Source: Eutreptiella sp. 'Long Island Sound 2002' (lineage: Eukaryota; Protista; Euglenida). Taken from it: a stretch of DNA of 64,000 bases. The notes beneath the pieces were generated by a model, which ran no database searches, was not told the origin of the DNA, and saw only the letters and a program-made list of their open reading frames with translations. The number at the start of each line of letters is the position of its first letter. Positions within the stretch are counted from its first letter, which is position 1. The position numbers were made by a program, and so were the translations under genes. The stretch spans positions 173,414,001 through 173,478,000 of the forward strand of contig OZ038378.1 of the NCBI GenBank assembly GCA_964036045.1, in the 5' to 3' direction. Positions 49,050 to 61,139 of the stretch are shown one piece after another.

Positions 49050-50231
49050 ACCATGAATACATGTCTTGTGAGGATTGACTCCCATGCATTGCAATGCCTG
49101 TGCAAAGGTGTGAACACGCACAACACAGCACACGCACACACACAACACACACATGCGGACACACACACTACACACGCATCACCAAGTGCTCCAAAGTGTG
49201 CTAAAGTGTGCTAAAATGGTCCGGTCCGTTCAGTTTGCAAAGACCGGTCGGACCGGTCTGACCGGTCTCCCCGAACTAACCGGTTCGCTACAGAAAGCTA
49301 AAGTGGCGCGAAACGGTCTCAACTGAACAGTTGGTGATTTTGCCTAGTCGAAACGGTGAGTTAACGAAGACCGGTGGACCGGTTGTGAAAATATTCGCGT
49401 ATGGTAGCCAAAGGAATATGCACAGGCAATCCCCATTTATCCAAATCGTTTCTGAGGTTAGGCACCCACCATCGTTTGGGGTATGTTTTTTCCTGCAGGT
49501 CGCTGATCACCAGATGTATATTCGCTGTCGCATCTGCTGCAGTATCCCAGGTAGCCACAGTTTTTGGCCATGGCTGGCACCAGAGACTGCAGCGCACGTG
49601 AGGCTTTTGGCGCAAACTATCGGGAAACGGACCAGTTTTTGGTGCGGTGCTGTAAACTTTGAGCTCTTATCTGCCAGATGCGATGACCAGCGGTGAGTTG
49701 TCTGAGGCCTGGGTCACTTCTATCTCCCCGTGCAGGGTAATCCAAGTGTCAGCGACTCCCTCACGCTGCAGCTCCAGGTTATACACACCTCCTAACCATG
49801 TCTCTAAATGCTCAAATGAGCATCGGCCCAAGGCAAATGATTGCATGCCCTTGGAGTATAATGCTGTAAATATTTCAATGGATTTTGCAGAAATACATGT
49901 CCCGCCTCTGGCACACATTCTGCAAGACACTGTGCGCGTCTAGCAACACTGTGTGTGTGGCGGGGGTTGGCATAATTCCCTTGTTGCGTTTGGGGGGCTG
50001 AAATCTAGTTGAAATCTGGAGAATGCTTCTTGGCCTTCTGTGTTACTTACGTGCGGTTTCTCTCGCTGAATCCGCCTGTATCTTGAACATTCCTGAACCT
50101 GTTCGCCCTTTGCCTTTCCCGTTTTGCCTTCGTCTGTTGTCACGCATTCTGCACGAATCACTGCACCCACAATCAGAACATTGCACACCCCATGCCTGCA
50201 AAAACCATGCACAAGTCCTGCACCATTTCCT

Positions 50232-50253
50232 CCATTTGTCTGCCTGTTTGCAG
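50232..50253 (+). promoter_or_regulatory. Probable spliced-leader trans-splice acceptor 11 nt upstream of the ATG
   Basis: ccatttgtctgcctgtttgcag|taaattccacgATG. Confidence 0.5.
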
Positions 50254-50264
50254 TAAATTCCACG

Positions 50265-53159
50265 ATGGTGCAAATCTCTTCCGATGGTTCTTCTTACTTC
50301 GGATATTCGACGCTGGAGGGGGACCAATCTCATTCCCAGGAACAGACCCAACAGAAGCATTGGAAGGCATCGGTGGCTTGTGGCCTCGTGATGGCCCTCG
50401 GCATGACGTTATTTGTCGCAAGCCCCCCCCAATCTGCCTCTGAGTTCTTTGGCATGGGCACGAAGGTACTGTCCGGGACCCGTGCTCCCAGAGCCCTCGA
50501 GCGACCCCGCTCCTCAGGGCTGCCTCAGAATGGCCACCAGCGTTCCCGGACGTCTCTAGCATCGGTCGATGCCGCAGCAGCTGTGGGTGCTTCGGTCACT
50601 GCTGCAGCGACGGCAAAGGCTGCGGGCAGTGGCACTGCAGTGCTGTTGTTGGCCCCACAGCTGCAGCTGGCGCTTCTTGCTGGGGCGGTGGTGGCGATTT
50701 GTTTTGGGGTGGGGTTCTTCTCTGGCATCTTGGCACGGTGCAAGGGAGAGCCCAAACGTCTCAAGGAAGAGAGCTCAGCGCAGATGATCCCACGATTGGA
50801 TTCGGCACGGAGCACTGTACTAGAGCAGGTGGAGGCAATGTCGGCGGTGACAGCTGTGGAACCCGACTCAGAAGAGACAGCCTCACAGGCAGCAGCTACC
50901 GCAAAGAATGCAGAGGCTATTCAGAAGGGAGGGAAGCAGCAGGAATTCCGTGAGAAGATAGCACTGAAAGCTCCTACGGATATCCTGCGAACTGCAGAGG
51001 AGGCTGCCCGGAAGGCAGCAGAGAAGGCAAGGGGGGAAGAGGAGGCACGTGTGGCAGCAGCCAAGAAGTGGCAGCAATTTGAGGAGGAGGCAGCGAAGAA
51101 GGCTGCAGAAGAGGAGGCTGCGTGGAAGGCAGCAGAGGAGCAGGTAGCACGGAAGGCAAAGGAGGAAGAGGAGGCACGTGTGGCAGCAGCCAAGAAGTGG
51201 CAGCAATTTGAGGAGGAGGCAGCGAAGAAGGCTGCAGAAGAGGAGGCTGCCTGGAAGGCAGAAGAGGAGCAGGTAGCACGGAAGGCAAAGGAGGAACAGG
51301 AGGCACGTGTGGCAGCAGCCAAGAAGTGGCAGCAATTTGAGGAGGAGGCAGCGAAGAAGGCTGCAGAAGAGGAGCGTGCCCGGAAGGCGGCACAGGAGCA
51401 GGTAGCACGAAAAGCAAAGGAGGAAGAGGAGGCACGTGTGGCAGCAGCCAAGAGGTGGCAGCAATTTGAGGAGGAGGCAGCGAAGAAGGCTGCAGAAGAG
51501 GAGCGTGCCTGGAAGGCGGCACAGGAGCAGGCAGCACGGAAAGCAAAGGCGGAAGACCAGGCACGTGTGGCAGCAGCCAAGAAGTGGCAGCATTTTGAGG
51601 AGGAGGCAGCGAAGAAGGCTGCAGGAGAGGAGCGTGCCCGGAAGGCTGCAGAAGAGGAGCAGGTAGCACGGAAGGCAAAGGAGGAAGAGGAGGCACGTGT
51701 GGCAGCAGCCAACAAGTGGCAGCAATTTGAGGAGGAGGCAGCGAAGAAGGCTGCAGAAGAGGAGGCTGCGTGGAAGGCAGCAGAGGAGCAGGCAGCACGG
51801 AAGGCAAAGGGGGAAGACCAGGCACGTGTGGCAGCAGCCAAGAAGTGGCAGCAATTTGAGGAGGAGGCAGCGAAGAAGGCTGCAGAAGAGGAGGCTGCGC
51901 GGAATGCTGCGCATCAGGCCGCAGCGATGAAGGCTGCAGCAGAGTTGGCTTCCCGGAAGGCTGCAGAAGAGGAGCGTGCCCGGACGGCAGCAGAGGAGCA
52001 GGCAGCACGGAAGGCAAAGGGGGAAGAGGAGGTACATGTGGCAGCAGCCCAGGAGCAGCAGTTCCGTGAGACGGTGAAAGCAGAACTCCAGGCTTTTAAG
52101 AACGCTGCGATCTGGCAGACCTTTGAGGAGAAGGCAGCGAAGAAGGCTGCAGAAGAGGAGGCTGCTTGGAAGGCAGCAGAGGAGGCAATTGAGGAAGAGG
52201 AGGCACGTGTGGCAGCAGCCAAGAGGTGGCAGAAGCTTGAGGAGGAGGCAGCGAAGAAGGCTGCAGAAGAGGAGGGTGCCCGGAAGGCAGCAGAGGCGCG
52301 TATGGCAGCAGCCATGAAGTGGCAGAAATTTGAGGAGAAGGCAGCGAAGAGTGCTGCAGAAAAGGAGGCTGCGTGGAAGGCAGCAGAGGAGCAGGCAGCA
52401 CGCAAGGCAAAGAAGCAAGAGGAGGCACGTGTGGCAGCAGCCAGGAAGCAGCAGGAGTTCCGTGAGAAGACAATCGCAGCACTGCAGGCAGCAAAGGAGG
52501 AAGCCGAAGCCCGTGAGCAGGCAGCCAGAAAGCGGAAGGTGCAGGAGGCAAGAGAGAGACTCGCGGCAAGTGAAGCTGCAGTGGAGGCTGCTGCGAAGAA
52601 GAAGGCTGCAGAGGACGCGGACGCCCGCCGTCGACTGGTAGTTGTTGCTGGCGGTGCTGCTGCTGCTGCGACGGTAGTGGCCCAGGGCATTCAAGTATCC
52701 GGTGCTTCCAACCCTCGGCAGCCAGCCGCACTCTACCAGCAACCCTCGCAACCCTTGACGGCCTCGCGCTACACCCCTTCTTCGGCTGCATTTCCCCAGT
52801 ACACTGCACCCCCATTGCAGACCCAATATCCATCCGGTGCACCTTCGTACACCTCCAATGGGGCTTCACTGGGTTTCTACAACCCCACCACGCCAAGAGC
52901 TGTGGGCTACAACCCCACCACGCCAAGAACTGCCGGGCACAACCCCACCACTCCAAGAACTGTGGGCTACAACCCCACCACGCCAAGAGCTGTGGGCTAC
53001 GAGCCCACCACTCCAAGAACTGCCGGGTACAACCCCACCACTCCAAGAACTGTGGGCTACAACCCCACCACGCCAAGAGCTGTGGGCTACAATCCCACCA
53101 CTCCAAGAACTGCCGGGTACAACCCCACCACGCCAAGAACTGTGGGCTATCCTTATTGA
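50265..53159 (+). CDS. Intronless 964-aa putative plastid-targeted protein: euglenid class I leader, 43-aa A/E/K coiled-coil repeats, second hydrophobic segment, nine YNPTTPR decapeptides
   Basis: Leader: TM1 (ASVACGLVMALGMTLFVA), Ser/Arg-rich transit-like region, TM2 (LALLAGAVVAICFGVGFFSGILA) plus basic stop-transfer, then AMSAVTA. The 129-bp repeat unit is EEEARVAAAKKWQQFEEEAAKKAAEEEAAWKAAEEQVARKAKE. The best start is the ATG at 50265, not the ORF-track start at 50124. Confidence 0.8.
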   Translation: MVQISSDGSSYFGYSTLEGDQSHSQEQTQQKHWKASVACGLVMALGMTLFVASPPQSASEFFGMGTKVLSGTRAPRALERPRSSGLPQNGHQRSRTSLASVDAAAAVGASVTAAATAKAAGSGTAVLLLAPQLQLALLAGAVVAICFGVGFFSGILARCKGEPKRLKEESSAQMIPRLDSARSTVLEQVEAMSAVTAVEPDSEETASQAAATAKNAEAIQKGGKQQEFREKIALKAPTDILRTAEEAARKAAEKARGEEEARVAAAKKWQQFEEEAAKKAAEEEAAWKAAEEQVARKAKEEEEARVAAAKKWQQFEEEAAKKAAEEEAAWKAEEEQVARKAKEEQEARVAAAKKWQQFEEEAAKKAAEEERARKAAQEQVARKAKEEEEARVAAAKRWQQFEEEAAKKAAEEERAWKAAQEQAARKAKAEDQARVAAAKKWQHFEEEAAKKAAGEERARKAAEEEQVARKAKEEEEARVAAANKWQQFEEEAAKKAAEEEAAWKAAEEQAARKAKGEDQARVAAAKKWQQFEEEAAKKAAEEEAARNAAHQAAAMKAAAELASRKAAEEERARTAAEEQAARKAKGEEEVHVAAAQEQQFRETVKAELQAFKNAAIWQTFEEKAAKKAAEEEAAWKAAEEAIEEEEARVAAAKRWQKLEEEAAKKAAEEEGARKAAEARMAAAMKWQKFEEKAAKSAAEKEAAWKAAEEQAARKAKKQEEARVAAARKQQEFREKTIAALQAAKEEAEAREQAARKRKVQEARERLAASEAAVEAAAKKKAAEDADARRRLVVVAGGAAAAATVVAQGIQVSGASNPRQPAALYQQPSQPLTASRYTPSSAAFPQYTAPPLQTQYPSGAPSYTSNGASLGFYNPTTPRAVGYNPTTPRTAGHNPTTPRTVGYNPTTPRAVGYEPTTPRTAGYNPTTPRTVGYNPTTPRAVGYNPTTPRTAGYNPTTPRTVGYPY
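52878..53147 (+). repeat. Coding minisatellite, 9 x 30 bp with 90-bp higher-order period
   Basis: Units YNPTTPR+AVG/TAG/TVG cycle three times. Confidence 0.95.
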
Positions 53160-53799
53160 TCTCCCAACGCCCTGATCAGTGGGAAACGCCCCCTCAACAG
53201 CCGTCTTGCCACCCTGGTACAGACTCAGCAACCCCAACAATTCCCAACGTGCCCCGACACCCCTGAACAATTTAAAACAAACCCGGACATTTCAACAGTC
53301 CGTAAAAAGGTTGTTCAAAAATTCCAAATACACAGTTTATGCGAAACAATTGGTGAGAAACCGAGGCTTCAATGTTCTGAGACCGAGTCAGACCAAAGTG
53401 GAGTGTTCTGTAGCTGGGTGTGTTTGTGCCATTGAACTCCCTGCTATCAGGCACAGAGGGCAAAGACGGGCTGGTTGTGTTGTTAGCAATTGTAGGTTGT
53501 TTCGCAGCCAGAGCTGGAGTTTATCAGTTAAACCATTTATTTGTTTAACGCACAAAGCTTCGCTTCCACCCATCGTGTACAGTGCCTTGTATGCCAGCAG
53601 TCTGCTGAACCCGAGGGTCAAGGTGCAGGCACACACATCTTTGTCATCTTTCTGGGATGTGCCATACGCTTGCGCTGCGCGTACGTCCCGTGCAAATCCT
53701 CACCGTCAGGCTGCCTGCGTGCATGCCCCTCAGGGCCCTGAGCCTGTTATAAAGAGACAGATTGAGAGATTGTGTCGACTTGGAAAGAGGCTTTTTATT

Positions 53800-54013
53800 C
53801 CCCCATGGGCTGAGTTCCAAAAGCTCAAAAAGCTGAACGGGAGTTGCGTTTCCCAGTCCCAGTGTGGTGCGCAAGCACGCTTGTTTTGTTCCAAGTGACT
53901 TGCGCCCCCCTCTCCTCATTGCCTCGACAACCACCTCCCTGGCTTGGAATTCCCCCATGGGCTGAGTTCCAAAAGCTCAAAAAGTTGAACGGGAGTTTCG
54001 TTTCCCAGTCCCA
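53800..54013. repeat. ~62-bp direct repeat pair
   Basis: ccccatgggctgagttccaaaagctcaaaaag(c/t)tgaacgggagtt(g/t)cgtttcccagtccca at ~53800 and ~53953. Confidence 0.9.
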
Positions 54014-56444
54014 AAAATGAATTATACTCCGAATGCGTCTTTCACCCCGGGTCAACAGAGGTGGGTCACGTTGGTTTGCGCTGGCCTGGGATGCCATGGA
54101 TCCTGGTAAGCCCTTACCAGATCCCATCTCTGTTCTGGCGGAAATCCCCTCCAGAATGCTATTTTCGCCCCAATGTTGCGGGGGCCACAGGTGTTCTGCA
54201 GCATTGCCTCATGGGCACGTCCCTCAGTGCTGACTCGAGGGGCGTTGCCAATGGTTGATTGCTGTGGCCCCTATTGCATTTATCGGATAGCCCTACCGAT
54301 GCCCCCTCCCTCATGTGTTGTCAGACGGTTGATTGCCGTTTTTTCTGGAAAGTGCACTGACACTGAGGGCCACCTCCTCTCGTCCGTCCCTCTGTCACGC
54401 CGCGTTGTACCCGGGTCGTGCAGGGGTTCAGGGGGCAGGACAGCCCGCTCGCTCACCCCGCCCCCAACACTCCCATGTGTATGAGAAGGCTGGTGCCTTC
54501 CCCAACGTGTAATTCCCCCTTTACCCTGTTGGCCCCCACTTTTCTGTGGCGATCGCGCAATCAAAACGGAATGCACAAATCGGACACAGGTATGCAGATG
54601 CTTTGGTGGTGGTGGAGCACCGGACGTTCCGATGTCTCTCGCAAGCGTCGGGTAAACCGATCCGCTGCACACACTTCATTTTGGTTCGACTCACATCGCC
54701 TGAGCACCGCGGACAAAAGCCAGTGCTGTACTGTATGTGCAGCCTTGTTGCAGCCGCAGGCTGACCCTGCATCCCAAACAGCGCAGGCGCTGGCGAAGAG
54801 ACGCTGGGCCTTTTACAGTACGACTACCCTTTGCAGATGCCGAGGCAAGGACCCATATGATTTTATACTTGACATCCTCTGCGCATCCCACGGTGGTATC
54901 GCCCGTCGCACCCCCTGTGGGTGCTCGTGGTCGTGCATGGGGTCTGTTATCAGTCGACATTGCATTCTCTGTGATCCTTGTGCGTGCGTTGTGCATACAC
55001 ACTCGTCCTTCTGGCGCACCCCCTGAGTGAGTGTTCGACGGCTGAGTCTACGAGTGCACCGCGGAGCCCCATCATTAGGCCGCCTTTAGGTGCCTCCAAC
55101 TATTCTACGTGCACCAACGCGCTGCCTCCCGCTGAGGCGTCTCAGTGTATTTGATACATCACACTCTGTTTCGTCTACTTCTGCCCGGCGGGCGTGTCAC
55201 CTGCGTGTCACCTCTGCGCCAATACCCCATGCATGCACTGGTCACCGTGCCCCCGCCAACTTCCGCCAAAACCACCTGAGTCACCACCATCACTTCCTGC
55301 CTCGAACGGTATGCTTGTTCTGCCCAGCGTACCTCCGCCTGCATCCCTGGCAACCAAACTGGGCAGCCTCGCATGTGTCGCAACGAATGCTGGGGAGGTG
55401 GCAACACAAGTCGCATCATTGGGCGATCTGTATGTGCCTTGTACCAACGTGCTGCATACCGCTGAGGCGCATCGGTGTGTTTCACGAAGCATACTCTGTG
55501 TCGCCTTCTTCCGCTTTGCGGGTGCGTCTCCTGCAGGTGCGGGCAGACATGGCTGTAGGGCAGACTGAGATTAATTGTAGCCGTCACCTGACCTCGACCC
55601 TTTCCACGGCTGAGGAGACAGACGGGCCGGGCTTGTCTTCATATCCAGACTGCTAAGTGAACGCGCACGTGAACACTCAGTGGACCTTCATGTAAAACAA
55701 CCGAAGATTTTCTCTGCTCACCAGACGACCCAGTAGCAGCGTGTCAGACGTAACATCGTGCTTAATTTCACATGCGCCTGCGGCACACATTTTTTTGTGA
55801 GATTATCCTTCCCTTTTTCTTTTCGCTTTTCTGCCGTATCTTGCAATTGGTCCAACATCCTTATGGGCTATGCTCTGTAATCTGCCGCCCCCCGTTTACC
55901 CTTTATCTATGGGTTTGCCAAGATTTGGCACTTGTCTTGCGGTATTGGGTGATGGTTATCTGCCGGAGGTTTTCATCAACCGGCCTGAGATCGCACTTAA
56001 TCAACAGCACTGCAACACCATGTGCCAGATTTACAGCAGCACCCCAGTCTGCGCTGCAGTTACACGAATGTTCCGTGTGGCCTGGAAATGGGGAGGTGGG
56101 TGCGAGCATGTGCCACGGGTACGCATCTCCCCCTCTCCAGTATCCTACTGATGGTACGCGTAGTATATGTGGTTCGCGTGCTGTGCAATATTTTTGTGGT
56201 TCTCGAAGCTTTGTATGATATGTGTGTGGGGTGGGTGGGTGGGTGGTGTGCTCTGCAGGGTGCTCTTGCCGCGGTGCGCGCACAGTCTGCGTGCATGGTG
56301 CAAAGTTTGGGTATGCCTGGGGGTTCACAGAGACCACTAGCACCCACTTAGGAGGCGGTAAGCACATGCTGTTGCGCCCTTTCGCTGCAGCTATGTTGTT
56401 GACACATGAGGTGGTGCAGAACCTGAAATATTGTTGTCTCACAG

Positions 56445-56584
56445 CTCTGAAACCTCATTTCTTTGTCTTGGGTCGTCCCCGGTACCCCGTCACCTATCAT
56501 TTTTCAAGCACAAAGGAGACAGTTCCTGTAGTTATTGTGGCCCCCTCAAGGCTGGATGGCGATTTATTGAGCATCCAGTACGAG
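56445..56584 (+). CDS. Orphan candidate exon, unknown product
   Basis: Acceptor tgttgtctcacag, donor gag|gtcagt. Open frame LKPHFFVLGRPRYPVTYHFSSTKETVPVVIVAPSRLDGDLLSIQYE. No partner exons found. Confidence 0.3.
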
Positions 56585-58359
56585 GTCAGTGGCTAGACAA
56601 TCACGCATGATTGTGTTCCACTTCACAGATTGGAGTTCCGCATCCGCAGCCCATAGGCAACCATTTAGAAGCCTTCAGGGGAGGACTGCAACCATCAAGA
56701 GGCCTCCAGGAAAGAACAAGGACCCCCAGAAGCATCCAGGAATTACTGGCAACCATAAAGAAAACCCAGGGAGAAGGGCTTTGTGCTAGTAGTAGTAAGT
56801 TTTCCTCGGGTTCTATGGGCTGTTTGGGAGGTGCTTCTTGGGATGGTACACTGCGGGTTGACCCCTAATAGTTGCCACAGTGTGGATGCAGTGCGTGAGC
56901 AGGCTATGCCAGCTCATCTTGGTCTGAGCCAAAAAAAAAAACAACAACGTGGATGCAGTGCATGCGTTGTGCAACAACGATTTCACGGACCGGGGGGGCT
57001 TGCAGGCCACCGGGAGGGGTTGGTTTCTGCTGGAAAGCAACAGCATGATAGTTTTTCAAAACTACCCAGTTTTTCCACTGCCCCCCCCCCCCCACCCCCA
57101 GAAGCCCTATTAGCAAAATTATTTGCACGTTGAATAGGTGAATGGAGTGCTTGTTGCAGTTTTTGTGCGCTTTTTTTGTTGCATCTTTTGCATTTTTTCG
57201 CCCCTTGTGCATTGTGTTTGAGAACCCCACTGAGTCTGAACCCCTCCAGTGGGCCAGTATTCAGGGGTCTCTGTGCCCTTACTTAAAGATAAATACCACC
57301 CATGTTGGCTCTATAGGTGTGCCCCCCCATCCCACCCCACGTACCCACCTTCGAGCAACCCCCCCCCCCCCCCAAACCCTCTCCTGGCTGCAATTGTCTA
57401 AGGTGCGGACATTCAGTCGATGGATACCAACCATTGATCCCCCAAACCCTCTCCCGCGACTTTCAGCAAAAAAAATCCCAAACACCCTGAAACTACCCGT
57501 TTTTCGAGGCCCCCCCCCCCCAAAAGGGTAGTTCGACATATTGTTGCATCTTTTAAAAACCGACCCCCCCCGGCAGGCTACACTCATTACCTGCGCACAC
57601 CGGCATTTTCACTGCCTGGCATATGTGCTACATGGAATCCCGCAGTGGCGTACAGCAGGGCAGCCAATAAGTTACACAGGCCACGGGCCAGCAACCTCAG
57701 GGAATACATGAGCCAAGAGAGGAAGAGCCTCCGGTTGCCAAACAAAGGGGAGCTCTCTCTGCCTTCAGTTCGCCTCCTGCAGGATGGCGCAGGGAGAATC
57801 CTTGACCCTGATGTGAACGGGCCTAAGCTCTGTAATATATTCTCCTTCCCAGCCGCTGCTGGCATAAAACAGATGTTGCTTGGGACCCTCATTTACACCC
57901 GGACTCCAGGATCCTGTCTGATAAGCTGCATTGATCGCGATTGTTGCTTTATGCATTTGTAGACGGTTTTGCCCGCATACGTGCCCACGGTGATTCCCAG
58001 GGTATCCCGGCTACCCCTGGTGCAAACAGTGGCCTGTCCAAACAGCACTAGATCAGCGTTTTGAATCAGGCTATTGCTTAGTGGCCCGTCGTTCCCACCC
58101 CTTAGGGTGGGTGTTGGGTGTGGGGCTAGAGAGGTGGGTGGGTAGCTTGCCCCCACTTTGGTTTTTTTTGCCAACAGGTCCCTCCTCCCGCGGTCTTTTT
58201 TCGTGAGGGGGAGGGGGTGGCATAGCAAGAGGGCCCATAAGGCCCATAAATTTAGCAAACAACAACAAGCAACAAGCAACAACAGGCACCTCTCCATGCC
58301 GTTTTGGCCATTGCTCCGCCCCAACGCTTTAGATCTTTTGCCCATGTAGCCATCTTGGA

Positions 58360-60900
<2,541 letters not shown>

Positions 60901-60914
60901 CTAGGAAGTCAGGC

Positions 60915-61105
60915 CCGGGGGGGGGGGGGGGGGACTACAACTGGTCCTGATGCGACGCCCCCCCCCCCCCCCCAAGCTATCTGTCAAAAATTGGGGGGGG
61001 GTCGGGGGGGGGGGTCCTGCCGGGGGTCGAGGGGGGGGGTGTTCCTACCGGGGCTGAGGGGGGCGTCCGGCTAGGGGTGAGGGGGGGGGGGGGTTAGGGT
61101 TAGGG
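60915..61105. repeat. G-run-rich block (G-quadruplex potential) ending in TTAGGGTTAGGG
   Basis: Multiple long G runs (up to >10 G). TTAGGG x2 at 61094-61105. A related C-rich block (gacccc..ggcagg) lies at ~57300-57580. Confidence 0.7.
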
Positions 61106-61139
61106 TCATCGAGCTGGTGGAACCAGTCTTGGTTTTATA

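Larger units (their letters stand above)
44114..49415 (+). mobile_element. piggyBac-like DNA transposon, 5302 bp, apparently intact, 14-bp TIR, ATAT target duplication
   Basis: TIRs TCCTTTGGCTACCA (44114-44127) and TGGTAGCCAAAGGA (49402-49415) are each flanked by ATAT (44110-44113, 49416-49419). Longer subterminal inverted repeats lie at 44280-44345 and 49180-49265. An intact transposase ORF lies inside. Confidence 0.88.

Noticed and set aside
50883-52826. Long antisense/alternative-frame ORFs (647, 347, 306 aa)
   Set aside because: Shadows of the codon-biased A/E/K repeat ORF on the plus strand.
54737-55030. HEEAD-like transposon-associated motif (FADAEARTHMILYL)
   Set aside because: Similarity too weak and no supporting context.
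61094-61105. Chromosome end (telomere)
   Set aside because: Only two TTAGGG units and sequence continues on both sides.
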